The notes under the pieces were generated by a model that saw only the letters and a program-made list of their open reading frames with translations, did not search any database and was not told where the DNA came from. The position numbers and the translations under genes were made by a program. Of a stretch of DNA of 64,000 nucleotides, positions 24,001 through 37,204 are shown one piece after another; the stretch's first letter is position 1; each line of letters starts with the position of its first letter. The stretch is from Balanoglossus misakiensis. Taxonomy: Eukaryota; Animalia; Hemichordata. The DNA lies in contig CM082591.2 of assembly GCA_040954595.2 (NCBI GenBank), positions 671,882 to 735,881 on the forward strand, in the 5' to 3' direction.

Positions 24001-27000
24001 AAGGCCACACCCATAACTCCATAAAGAAGATAATGAACCATGTAAAGTATGCAGAGAGCGGGTTTAACCTCTGGAATCAAGGTACCATATATGTCAAACA
24101 TGTGAATAGGTACTATTTTAGTTTTGGTTGTTTCACTACCTCATTTTCGAAGGTTGAAAGTAACATTTGTGCACGCACAGACTGGGATCGGTCAGATAAT
24201 TATTGCTTGTGCTGTAGTTGAAAGAGAGAGTCACAGAACGGTACCTGGCGCGCTCCAGGCATGTAATTCATCACTGCTCTCGGACATTCAGCGACAAATG
24301 AGAGTAATGCAAAGTTTCCAAAAATGTGCCAGTTGGCATATACTTAGTTCTTACGAGACAAGACTTTCATCAATGTCACGCCAGGCAGACAATGATCAGA
24401 CATGGATGCAACCATTTCTCACATTGTGACGTTTGGTTGGTTTTATTGTCATTCACCACTATGAGTCTAAACCTTGGAGTAGGATTTATAATCTGGGCGA
24501 TCCTTTCGGCGTCATTTAATTACATGTACAACGGTACTTAAATCCTGAAACGCTATTCACCTCCACGTGGAAACTGCCACTGATATATAGCCTAGGTACT
24601 GACCATGCTTGACCTCTTCAACAAACACACAGTTCAAAATATTTCCAGTGTTGGTGACTACTTCCTCTCGTATCTCGTCGCCAACAAAACCAGCTGTAAC
24701 CGGTCTGAAAAATACTTTTGAATGGGAAAAAGTAAATAAGTTTGCTTTCGAATGTTTATTTGTCGACACATGTTGACAGGTTTTTGTCTCTCATACATAC
24801 GAGTATGTCAGAAGGTTTCAAAGAGACATTAATGAGTCGTACAATCAAATTGAAATATTTAATAAAGAATTGATTTATTATTCTCAGATCGGGTAAAGTA
24901 TCCATCTTACTCTAATCACAATTGTTCAAGGCATCGATACATTGGTTTTTCGCGTTCACTTTGCCATCATGGCGTTAACAACTATCATGTACAATCAAAC
25001 AAAATTGCAATATGTAACCTAGTAACGCCTGTGTGTTGCCAAGTGACACTGTATGCGTCTTCAGATTTTTCATTTCCACACACATTCTGTACCGACACAG
25101 AAATGCTCTAGTAGGAAACTATTTACTGCAAGCCAAAAACGGAAACAAACACATATCTTGAGAATTGTGCGAGTTGGGTATTAATTACAACATTTTACAA
25201 GAAGAAAATTACATCAAAGGGTAACCTGTTGTGCATGTCAAGACACATGTATCACACAGGTATTGTGAATGGCGCCCTCTGCAGTTGCCACTCTGATAAA
25301 TCTCCGTCTCATCAACGCTGTTTACACATTGTTGATTGATTTTTGAATCCACATCATTGGATGCACCACTCATGGAACGGTGCTACAGTGTGACATCCAT
25401 ATTATTATCCAAGAGGCATGGCAGATGGCTGCCATGTCTTTGTTTGACCCGATCAAAATTTTAATTAAAACGATTCGCACCATATGTGATGCTCATGTGC
25501 ACTTTAGGAATAAGATCTTATATTGAACAGTGCACAGAACATTAAAACAGTTTCTGGTGTGGATCCATGTAAAATACCATACATAAAAACGAGAAAACCA
25601 AAACAAGAAACTTTAGGTACAAGGCATAAATAATATACGAAAATAAATCTCACTGAGTTAAATATTAAAGGCATTACATCTATTCTAGTAAAGTGGGGTA
25701 GTTCATTTGTAAGCTAAAATGTGAATGATTCCGTACTATAAATTGACACATTTTACGTGACAGCCATGTCGTGTGAAGTATGTCATTACTCGTTTGATTG
25801 TGTCTCAGTTGGTTCTGGTTTTGACCGTTCCAATTTTCACCCTTGAGTCATTTGATGTTGCACTTGCACTATTATTATGTTACTATGGTTACTGAGCGAA
25901 ACATAAGTTATACCCGTGGCTGTTCCTCATTGGTAGGTCATTAAATATTGCCACTTAAACTTTAGCTACTAGAGTTACAATCCCAGTTGCAATCATTTTG
26001 TTATTACATATCTATTCAGGTATAGATACACTCGCCAAGAGAAATATCCAATATCTTCTTGGCATTACACTTCATGAAGATATGTATTGGTAAATATGAC
26101 ATTGATATGTAACTAAGAAGTTTCATATCAACGCAAGATTAACGATGTAGAATTTCCTTGGGGAAAATCGCGCAAAAAGATACAGTTACAAGTACTGACA
26201 CTCAATTCAATTCCACAAGAAATGAAATGATGTCACGGTTGCAAATGTATATTTACATTTAATGCGAACATGTACGCAGACGGATGCTTTTAGCGCGTAA
26301 ATTTTACTGCTAGCCTATTTCTACACACAATTTTCTCAAAGGCCAATTTGACTTGCACCCAGTACTAACGGTTAATTCAGTTTAAAATGTCAACAACCTC
26401 AGATTTTTCTGGATTTAGTTGAACATATATCGATAGTGAACTTTAGCATGGAAACAGTATGGTATAAGTACACCGAAAAGGATATTACCATCCGTTATTT
26501 TCTTCTCTTTAGGAAATTGATTTCGACTGTCAGGTTAATTTGAGTCAATTGTTGTCACAGACTCTCTTGAAATTGCGCTTGTTGGATCTGTTAATCTGCC
26601 AGTTGCTTACTCGTTCCCATGGAGACAAGTACAAACCCAAGGAGAAGCACTCCCATGGACAAGTGGTTTGATCTGGTCTGTCAACACTTTCAGCCTACAA
26701 AATGGCGTGCTTATTGAGCGATGAGAATCCAATTCAGTCGGCTAGAATTTTTCAAAATGGCAGATAACTACTACTCGAACAAACAGAAGGATCATGCTTG
26801 AAGTACATCATCTATTTGGGTCAAATAACTGACATTGTGTACTAGAAAATGAAAGAAAATCAAGAAAGAGTTGGTTTAGTCCTGTGTGCTAGCTAAAACT
26901 ACTTTCCGTTATAAATACCACAAGAAATGCGTCATTATTCCACCTGTGAGTAGGCTGACTACCAATAATGCAATTCATTTTAATACCTAGTGATTATTTG

Positions 27001-27654
27001 ATTCCTTTGGATGACGTGGTATGCTTTTGAAGATAACAACAATTAAATCTAATAATAAATTGACCCTGGGTCAGTCTGCTCGTTCCATGCAACGGTTGAA
27101 GTAAGGATTTCCTTGGATACAAGATCGATGTTAATTTAGAGAATGATTGGTCGTAGCGTTAAAAGACATGTAAATGAACGGCCTTCGTGATTCGACCATA
27201 CGGTGCCAGTGCAAGCATAAAATTGACTCCAACAGTCGGGAAAATAAAATAATTTTGCAATAACAACACAAGATGCTGTTGGCACACTACTATGGTATGT
27301 GTAAGAGAGGTTTTAAGTACAAATGCCGGAACAGTACAGTCTTCTGTGACCTGTAACACCTAGAAGTGTAATGTAATACAAGTTATACAAACATATTCGT
27401 TATTAAATCTCTTTTCACGTGACAATTAACAGTCACAATCCGTGATATGTAAATGTATATTACAATGAGAAGTCAGTGCAAAGACTCACTAATAATTAGC
27501 ATACGTTTAAAATTACTTTCAAAATATACAACATAACCTACAGCCTACTAAACATATCAGACATACATAAATTTTTCTAACAGATAAGTATAACTATATT
27601 TAACAAGTATGGTATATACTAATATAGTAAATAAATAGGTCAATCTATAGGATG

Positions 27655-27731
27655 ATCATCTTATGCCCATGTGCCAAACCAGAGACTCTGGTTACAAACA
27701 ATGTATACAGTCAATGCCATAAGGCAGTGTG
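27655..27731. mobile_element. 77-bp dispersed fold-back repeat (MITE-like), copy 1
   Basis: Nearly identical to 50846-50922; internal hairpin AACCAGAG-A-CTCTGGTT and flanking CTTATG...CATAAG inverted repeat. Confidence 0.6.
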
Positions 27732-28083
27732 TTGTCCTAACAACATACAAGATGGCGCTGACCATAGTCTGTGTCAGAGATCAGGAAAAGAAATGACAAA
27801 ACTAAAGTCATGAAATATTGTAGGAAGCAAAGTCAGTCCACAAAATTTCGCACGTGAGCAGGAGAAGATCATCGGCCTTTAAAACTCTGCTTGCCTAAAT
27901 ACTACCCTAAGATTGGAAAATAACATTGGTTTGCAGACACAAATAACAAAATGTTAGTTTATCACAAAGAAAGGAATTGTCATATTGAATAGCATAGAAA
28001 CAGTCCAAGCTTCGATTATCAAAATTGTCAATGAATTTTGACCCATCCTGCAGTGAGGAACTGGTCTTTGACCTACCCTACTC

Positions 28084-28253
28084 CTATATTGATTTATCTA
28101 GTTCACTGGCTGATCTAACTCGTCGAAGACCTTTGGCTCCGGATAAACACACATAGAAGAAGAAACAAACGGCTAAAAATATAACTCGGCAGATCATCAC
28201 TAGCTTCGTCCAGAATGTGAATCCCTCGGTTTCCCAGAGCGTGTAAGCTGTCA
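28084..28253 (-). CDS. TP53I11: TP53I11 last coding exon
   Basis: Acceptor TTTTGTAG; TAYTLWETEGFTFWTKLVMICRVIFLAVCFFFYVCLSGAKGLRRVRSASELDKSI; stop TAG 28086-28084. Confidence 0.9.
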
Positions 28254-31200
28254 CTACAAAAGGCAAAAAATAATGAATGAAAACGTTCTTAGATGTTATC
28301 AATGCAATGGGGGGAAAGTAAAGCACACATTTCAGTAATTAATTCTGAGGTTGAAATGTTTGGGGCTTTATTTCAGAGAGAACTGAAATTCTCTGTAGAA
28401 AGCTGGTGTGTAGTGTTATCTGTCTTACACTTTCATTTTCTGAAGGACGCATTACACTAAACCCACCATTCGCCCAGATTGTATAGAGGCTCTCCTCCTC
28501 TTTGTGATATTCATCACGAACGCAATTTATGCCGAAGGATTTGTGCTTTCGAGTGTAAGGTCATTATACAAAAAAAATTCAATGCTGACGTCTCTCCTAC
28601 ACATTTTGTACTTGAAGTACTTCCATTATCCCGACACACACAAGTAATTTCTCATCTGATTCAAAGCAACATGATTGAATTCCGTTTCTGAAATTACTAC
28701 TGTCAAGGGAAGATTAAATTTCAGTGCGCAACTCTGATTTACATGGAATGTGTTATTATTTAAAGAAAAAAAAATCAATCAATCGCTGGGCTTGCGTTAG
28801 GGTTTTGCTTGAATTTAATTTCACCTTACCTAAAATTTGAATGGAAAAGTATGCTATTTCCGCCAGTAGACACCAACGCATCACGTGTTTGCTGACAGTG
28901 TTGATAGCTCCCCACAAGACAATAGCCAGACCTGGAGAATAGAGAAATTCGCGAACATTAAAAATCATATGACATACTAGTATAGGTCGCTGTATGAAAT
29001 CGGGATTAAATACTCCAGGAAACATCACCACGTGATCATTCACAAGTTGGTTTATGTCAATATCTTAAAAGCTTATAACATGATTAGTTTCAGGGAAAAC
29101 ATGTATTAGCAAAACAACAAACCTTTTCTATCCTTTCGAAAATAGCTGTCCTGTTTAGGTTTCAAGCGCGGTCTTTCATTTCTTGACGCTAATTCCATTA
29201 TGGAATTGCAAAAAAGTCAAAGTGTACCAGCCACTGATGTGACTGTCAGTCACCCTCTCCTAACGTGTGCCTCTTCTGTTATGAAAGAACAGCTCAGTAT
29301 CTCTTTGAGGACACATCACTACACCGTTTTGTAATAATGAAAACACACTTTCAAACAAATTTATCATTTGCTTAGATATTTTGTTCAATAAACATGACCA
29401 CCAACTGATAAATGGAGTGGATGTCTGAACTGTACATTGAATTGCATTGAACACTGACAGTTATCTCATGGATTTCCCAGAGTCTAAATTATCACCTAAA
29501 CCTTAACTTGCATCTTGCAACTAATGGCGTCAAACAAGTTAAGAATTTCATCCCTCGCGTGACAACTTGGCGCCAAGCACAAAAGTTGAAAAAAAATCCG
29601 TATAGTATAGTATCCATCGGAGATAAGAAAGAAAAATTGTGCCAGCTGCTGATATAGCGTGCAATTCAAAAGAATTGATCATTGAGTCAGACGTTAGCTA
29701 CATTCCAGACTTCTCCTGAGGTGTGTGTTTGGTCAGACACAATGTCTGCATTTCTCGTTTTGGTAAAAAGGAGGCAATTGCAGCATAGCATTGCATGATA
29801 AGTATAGATGGAGCACAGTACTGGAGTTTAAGCAAATTCCACGTGTGTCTCTCCTGGTCTTCAAGTTCGTATCCAACAGGCACAACTGTCAACATCAGAA
29901 CTTTCCTCTGACATTGTGACTGTGACTGTCAATGTGAATGTCATGTCCAAGATATATTTCCCTGACCAATGGAAATTAAAATAAAATGGCCTGAGAACCT
30001 TTTCTGTCTTTGCAGCGACCGACAAGCAGTTTGTAGAATGCACATTACAATTGGATCGATACTTACTCAACAAGGCTGCTCCATAAAGTCTCCCGGGAAG
30101 AGCGTAGACATAACTTTTATCACACTCGAACGAAACGTCAAACATGTAGGCAGGAAAGAACAACGTCTGTCGAACAGCATTTAAAAGAAAATCACGCAGT
30201 TAACTGCGGTCATTAAAACAACAGTGATTAATATCTGCGAACTACAAGGCTCATATATTTTTAGATGTTGCATATATCACTTGGTGTTTCACCGCACCGC
30301 TATACACAGCGTCTGCTCAAGTCAGAGAATAGAATGAAACGTCGCAGCTTGCAACAGACACAGATTTGGCAGATGGCATCATGTTTCCATAGTTCGCAGC
30401 TGCGTCAGTTAATAAGAACATACTGATTTATCAATTTGAAGATTGAACATATTCTTTTTTCAAATATTTGACGTTTACTAGGCAGCAAGTGTCTGATTAT
30501 TTTGTGAATTACAAATGCACACAGTGAATATTTGAAATTGCAAAGTTTGAACTATCAAACTCTCACAGAAAAATCTCAACTGGCCCAATTTCAACTTTAG
30601 AATTCCTGAGTAAACATATTCATATTATAATACACAACTTAAAGGAAAAGTTGGTCTTAGATTTTATGCCAATACTACAATCTGTAACTACAGGTTTGGA
30701 GTCGTGATTGAGCTTTTCGTTTGAGTCTATTCGATAAGTTGTCGGTGATGTAAGCGTCCTTGATATAAATATAAGCCAGTTAATTCACTCGTAAAGCACT
30801 TTATTTAACCCCACGCAGTTAAAAGAGCTCCAGGTCATTTTCGTGATGTGAATTCTAGATTTTAACACCGCCGTAGTCATATTGAATTACACAACATTGC
30901 ATCAAAATCAAACAAATGGTAGTGTACATATACCGGTATATGTGACACATGATTTGTGCTCAGAATTAATAAATAAAAAGCACTCACCAATAAGGACACT
31001 AGCGTAAACATACCGGCGGAAAGTAGAAACCATATTCTGCATTAATTAAAAGAACATAAAATTAAATTGCTTGTTTTTAATTTAATAGGCAATTGTAAAA
31101 TGTGAATGTAAAAACCATTGCAAGAGTTAATGTCCAATGGTAGTATTAAGATATGGAGTATGTGACACCAAATCCTCTTTAAGTACTGGACAGGTGAACT

Positions 31201-34200
31201 CGAGTTAGGATATCAGCTGTTCCCCTTGCAGTGCCACAGTCTGTTGTGTACTTAACACAGATTTCCATTCATTTGTTCAAACGCGAGGAAATGTATGTGT
31301 TAACTGTGATAATTCATCACGTTCTGGGTTGCAGTGTATAAAATGAAAATAAAAGGTTGAAAGAACATAGCGGTTCTGTTCTGTTGCGATATCCAGACAG
31401 CGTAACGTAAATGCTTACCTCAGTCCTGGGGGTATTGTTAACATGCAGTGGTCATCACTACCAAGAATTTGATGAATCTGTAATTTGACAAACAAAATGA
31501 ATTCAAGTGTGGATATAGTTAGTTGTTCCTAGTTCTGTCAGAACTCTGAGTTGCTTTTGACAGTTAGCAAAGATAAGTCAAGGCAACGTCATCAAAATTG
31601 TGCTGTTCCCTCAGAGTCACACACTGATTGCTGCACTACTTCTCAAGGGAGGGCATGATATAAACTGTTCACTGTAAACCCCATTTACCACACGAAAGCA
31701 TAAAACCTCCAATATTGCCAATTCTTCGATATAAAAACTGATTCATCGGTGCTGCAGTATTACGTGACACCTGGATAATATACAATTCGCGTTTATTCTT
31801 AAAGAATCTGATCTTTTCGCTCTGTGTTTTTAAAAACCAAGAAGCTGACCATACTATGTGCGACTGTCGACTTACATTTAAGATGCGATTGACTTTTCGC
31901 TCGAAGATTGCACCTGCGGAGATGCATTAGACTCAACTGGCCGTTGGTTTTACACTTTCTCTGATTTATCAACTGATTATGACGACGCCCATTAAGAACA
32001 GTGGACCCCAAAGACCGGATTTTCCCGAGGGGGAGGGATACAATATAATACAGGAAAGAATGTTAGCATTACATCCTAATACTACCTCAGTGGCAAGCAA
32101 TTTGAGACCTAGAATGACCCCATTAGTTAATGACATTTGACAATTGCTTCAGAGTGGGTTCCACTTGTTTTTAATAAATGCAATTATTTCTTACGCAAAC
32201 TGGATCGATTGTGTACATATTGAATATTGGTTACAATTGTCACACTTAGTGAATATTACACAATTTTCTTCCTCCAAGACCTTTGACTATGCTGTACTGA
32301 TATGTACAAATTATTCCGTGCAAGAATTACCTTAAAAATAAATTCTAGCATTATGATTGATGGTTTAGATGTACACATGTACATGTACACCACATGTTTG
32401 CTATTGCCAGTGCATAGAAGTGTTGAGTATACAGACCTCCAGTAATGAACAGTCAGTCAGCAAATGACGCAAGCCGTATATTGAAAGGTTTCCCCGGCAA
32501 CCAATATGTCCGCAAGCAAGCGATTACACCAAACGAAGCAAGAGACTATGACGGACTGTTTCACTGCAGGCAAACAACCTTCCGGAAACACACAACGCAG
32601 CGATCAACGAGACATAATAGTTTGCACCGTTGCGCTGCAGAATACTATAACTTAAAGATTGCCCTTCTAATAATATATTTCTCTTTCATATATTACCAAT
32701 TACGTGAAGCATCTAAATAAATATTTAGTTATAATTAGTGAAATGAAAAAGACAGAAGAATACATCCAAGAAGACAGCCAATTCACATTTGAAAGCGACA
32801 GCGACAGTAACTTGCTGCATGTTTTTTTCCATTTGTCGATCATCACACGAGAGTAATGAACCTACGAAGCAATTGTACTTACAAAATACCGAACGGGAAT
32901 TCAATACACGATACTATTAGTTTTCTTATAAAGGTATTATTACCATCACATCATGTCTATTCTGTGTTGCCAAGGTAACAACTGAAGCACCAATATGCAT
33001 TGACTGTTTCTTTGGAGATTTTAACAAGCATGGTTATTAAACCTTACGGTTGTCACTCAAACACTCATTGATGGTCACCTTTGTAGAATAAAACCGCAGT
33101 ATAATCTGAGTAATGTTATGTTATGTTTTGATATGTTATGTTATGCTATGTTATGTTACGCTTTCTTTTCCGGGCTTGGACATTATGATCTAGCCTGGGT
33201 TTAACAAATTTCACATTTTCAAAATATTCTAACCCTAAATCAGTAAACATGTGTTTTCAGTCCATTTATAACTTCAAACAGTCACCATAATCAAACCATG
33301 CATTTGTTTGTAACAAAGCTGCAATGTCAGAGAATACCAATTTATGTTAATGTGGATATGTTATATAGAGCTCCTGCAGATCATCAAAATGAAGCTAATC
33401 ACCATAAACTAATTATTCAGTCTTTCTATTGCACCCACGTCACTGAAATCAGACCACGTCTCTTTTCACAATTTATATAACCGCAAAACATGTTTAGGGT
33501 TTGCGTTGTAACATCAGCCATTTCACAGTCTGTGTGAAAGCTCTTAATGCATACAAAACTGCTTTAAATATGTTGTAAACCGATGACATATCCAACAGCT
33601 GTGTTTTTGATTATTCTTTCTAAATTCGCATATAACTGAAACACTGGTTCTTGACCTGGGAACTGTCTCTTCGTATAACATGTAACTGTTTGTGTGTCTC
33701 AAATATCAAATAACTGTCATCTGCCCTTCTATTACTTCATTCAAAATATTTTTACAAATACCAGTTTGTATAAAATGTTACGTTATTCTGTCTAGCGGCA
33801 AAGTTCCAACATGATCGTTATTTAATACAGTCTGTGTGTGTTTCTCACCAACTGTTCAATATATTTGAGGGCGGTTACTTTTATGAGTGCTCGTGGTTGC
33901 GGTACACTATCATCCTGATAATCGTATTTACATTTAGATGTTTTAACACCATGTGCAGACGACTGCATGTTAATAACAAAGTGACCCTTTCCCCTAGTAG
34001 CATATACGCCCTTTCGGAATATGAACTCATATTCTTTGAGGCATCTATATTCAATTGACCTTTGGTCCTCATCTGCACCTAGTTAATGTTCGTGTCAATG
34101 CTGAAAATTGATGATTGATTGAGCAAGCTGTGAATTGTACATCTGTGAAGGCGACACACACGAATTATGTTCACATGGTGTTTCTTTCTTGAAGCAATGT

Positions 34201-34896
34201 AAGCATGAATGGTGTTATTGATCACTGTGGAAAACCTGCATGTTAGACATACTGCCATATTTTGCTCAGGCAACATTAGATTATTCTCTCTTAAACTTGA
34301 GAATTAAAAAATGGGGGTCATCGCGCAAAATTTTGAATGACCAGTTGTGTCAATTGTATCAAATTGGAAGTTCAAAATGGCTGCCGGGCTCTGTGTTAAG
34401 TTCTGGAGAAAATTTAAAGTAGTGAATTCAATGAAACAAGACAGTGAACACCCGTTTTCTTCTTTGCTTTCAAAAAAGACTCCCCACATGCTTTAATATA
34501 GAGCAAAGAATTGAAAGGTTTGGAGGACTATTTTTTTTTTTAAACATCTGTCCCCGAGGCTTAACTCATGAAGAAAAGATTATTCAGATGTCCATACAAA
34601 TAACACACTTTATGTGTTACAATAAAATGTGTTGGCTGGGACGTCATCCATCGTTTGGCCTCATGGAGGAAAACAGAAATGTGTTTTCCTGTTGAGTTCA
34701 AACATTATGACATATAAAACTGTGAAAGTCACTTCCCCTAAGTGAAGGAAGTCTAGTAAAAGATGAAGAAGAATTTCTTCAAGGAGAATGAAATAATTTT
34801 ACCTTAGAGAGAGGAACTGAGCCATCTTCACTTTCTCCCACGCCAAGTAATTTCCTAGTTTTCAGTCGACTTTGCAAATCGCCACTACTCTGCTTC
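28084..34896 (-). CDS. TP53I11: Tumor protein p53-inducible protein 11 homologue (multi-pass membrane protein), 5'-partial; join(34896-34803,31477-31419,31036-30988,30166-30067,28931-28830,28253-28084)
   Basis: Joined peptide KQSSGDLQSRLKTRKLLGVGESEDGSVPLSK IHQILG...PPGLR IWFLLSAGMF... FFPAYMFD...RLYGAALLS LAIVLWGA...RWCLLAEIAYFSIQILV TAYTLWETEG... aligns in order with remembered human TP53I11 (DLVSRLKTRKILGVG, ISQVLG..PLGLRVW, RLYGGALLS, RWTLLTEACYF, VTATLAETG). All junctions GT-AG and in phase. Confidence 0.92.
28830..28931 (-). CDS. TP53I11: TP53I11 internal exon
   Basis: CTCCAG acceptor, GTAAGG donor; SLAIVLWGAINTVSKHVMRWCLLAEIAYFSIQIL; phase 1-1. Confidence 0.92.
30067..30166 (-). CDS. 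TP53I11: TP53I11 internal exon
   Basis: GACAG acceptor, GTAAGT donor; TLFFPAYMFDVSFECDKSYVYALPGRLYGAALL; phase 0-1. Confidence 0.92.
30988..31036 (-). CDS. TP53I11: TP53I11 49-nt internal exon
   Basis: TGCAG acceptor, GTGAGT donor; IWFLLSAGMFTLVSLL; phase 2-0. Confidence 0.88.
31419..31477 (-). CDS. TP53I11: TP53I11 59-nt internal exon
   Basis: TACAG acceptor, GTAAGC donor; IHQILGSDDHCMLTIPPGLR; phase 0-2. Confidence 0.9.
33114..33159. repeat. (TGTTA)n pentanucleotide microsatellite, imperfect
   Basis: TGTTATGTTATGTTTTGATATGTTATGTTATGCTATGTTATGTTAC. Confidence 0.8.
34290..34560 (-). mobile_element. Decayed non-autonomous DNA-transposon (MITE-like) copy in a TP53I11 intron
   Basis: Its right end, reverse-complemented (CCTCGGGGACAGAT...AGTCCTC..ACCTTTCAATTCTTTGCT), recurs at 63424-63504; internal AAAATGGCTGCC. 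The left boundary rests on my recollection of an abundant acorn-worm repeat and is approximate. Confidence 0.55.
34803..34896 (-). CDS. TP53I11: TP53I11 most 5' exon found (conserved SRLKTRKLLGVG motif)
   Basis: CTCACAG acceptor, AAG|GTAAAA donor; KQSSGDLQSRLKTRKLLGVGESEDGSVPLSK; starts in phase 2, so an upstream coding exon is required. Confidence 0.92.
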
Positions 34897-37204
34897 CTGT
34901 GAGAAGATAAACATGTGTCAGATCCAATTTATAAAATGACTTGTGACATTTGTACAACGACGAATTTTGTTTAGAATAAAAGTTGGCAATTTTACAGGGC
35001 CAATTTATATATCTTTTGATAATGTTTTCATTATATTGGGCTATGCCAATTCTTGTCAACTGTGAGCTAAAATTAAGAATGAATAAATAAGTAAGTAAAT
35101 AAATAATAAATGAAATAAAAAGAGTGACTAGATAAGCAGGAATTCTGTTTTCAAAGAAGGTCAATTGCAAAAAAGATGAATATTTAAATGAGGTTGCGCG
35201 AAAGCATCAATGTAAGTGGTTCATTTGCGTTTGTAGTAAACACCGAATTAGAGGTTACAGAAGGATGTACATGCTATTGCAATCGTGTTATACACAGTGA
35301 TTGTATCACAATGTTTTTATATGTACCAGTACATAGAGTCACCATGTAATGTTATCTTCTAAAATCAGGAAACATGAGATTTTACACGCAATAAGGAGTA
35401 ATTGTGCGGTAAATACTCGAACAATTGAACAATCAGCGACATATGCACATAGGACGCGACGGAAACCTTTGCTTGTGAGAGAAATGACTTAAACAAAAGC
35501 CTTCATCATTAGTGTATAAACGGACAGATTGTTCTTTAACTAGACATGCAACAGCATGGAGATAGCAGTTAAATACATGTACCCCTGTCAATATCTCACT
35601 CGTAATTATGTCTGAGTCACAATACAAAGAAATACCCAAAACCGTGATCCATGGTTTGCCTTTCTTGCCGAGGAAACACCAGCTGGAACGAAAACGTTCT
35701 CTTGTGTCGTCACCTTCGTCAACAGAGATATTAAAAACTCATTTGACAAGTATACACTTCTTGCGGCAAATGGCATCTTAAACATCTCCCAACCCAGCGT
35801 GCAGCTGAGAGGAAACTCAATCTGCCATGAAGTGTACAGCAAAGATAAATATATCCACACCAAACTGATACATTAACTCTCGTCTCTTCTTTTTCTACAA
35901 CATCCAAACAGCTTATTCGTAAAACATCTTTCTAAAAGATGTTCAAGGTTAAAAGCGACACGGCACAAAACATTGAAGACTTAATAGGGCACAGCTTATA
36001 CGTACGTGGTGAAGAAAAACATGGCCTGGTTAGTGCTGAGTTATATCTCCATGACAACGCAAAAAGCCAATGAGCAATGACAGTACACGAAACAGTAATG
36101 GAAACGGTTACGGTGTTCACAGTGTCATGATATCTGCACAAGTAGAAAGCGACGTGATGTACCTCAATCAGCCAGCGGGAATGTCTTGTGAGAGCGTGCG
36201 TTGGTTTCTACTGTGGCAACACTTGTGAATGCCAAAGGCACGTGACAGAGTTCCATCGTTTCTTTAATAATATTACAATGCCTTTTCATCGGGTTTCATT
36301 GGTTTAGGCGCTGCGTGCTTCTTTTTAATGAGACAAACGAGGCACAGATAACACGTAATCACGCAACTTAATTCTATTCTTAAAAACAACTGGCTAGGAC
36401 ATTAAATCCTATAAAATCAATGCTTTGTCAGGAAACGAGCCGCGACCAACACTTCCGTTATCGGCTAGGCAGTTCCAGTTGTTGTCGCTTCGAGTTGTTC
36501 ACCCAATGTGACCTCCATATTAAGAGATTATGACATCGAGTCAATACAATTTAACTTCTTCAAGCAAAATTAACCCATTTTATTTTTATTTTATTTTCTA
36601 TCACTGAAATTACTATTCTTTTTTTAAGTATATTAACATTTATAGGCTTAAATTCTGCAAAATGCATTAGTTACACAAATTTAAGCCGCATTTCATTTTT
36701 TTTTTTGTGAAGAGCAACATCTGGAAAATATCTGCCTGTTAATTTAATGGTTCAACCGACAGAAAATGAACCATTACACTGAAAGAATGTTCTACATACA
36801 TTATTAAACATAAATACCGGTAGAACATATTGGGTATTGAAACGGAGGACACCAGCTAACACTCACAGCACTTTCACTAACAATCTCTGAATACGCAATT
36901 CAGTGGAGATCAATGTAATACAACACCGCTGCACATCCAACTCTCACTGACCTTCCTTCACGTTCATGTGACCTGTGATCAATATGGTGTAATATTAACT
37001 GTGAATTGAGATTACACAAAAATTTGAATTAGCAATCCCGAAAAAACACAATCTGAAAGGACACTTGGTATCTTGGTGTAATGGTATTGGCGTTTACAAA
37101 AACAGATCATTACAAATAATTAGGAAAGTTGATTTACTAGAGTGGCTATGCGTTAATACTTTATATGACAGAATAAAAGATTGTAACGCTTCCATAACAA
37201 AAAA

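Noticed and set aside
31799-32011. ORF with a GTAAGT donor inside a TP53I11 intron
   Set aside because: The flanking exons already join in phase and match the family without it.
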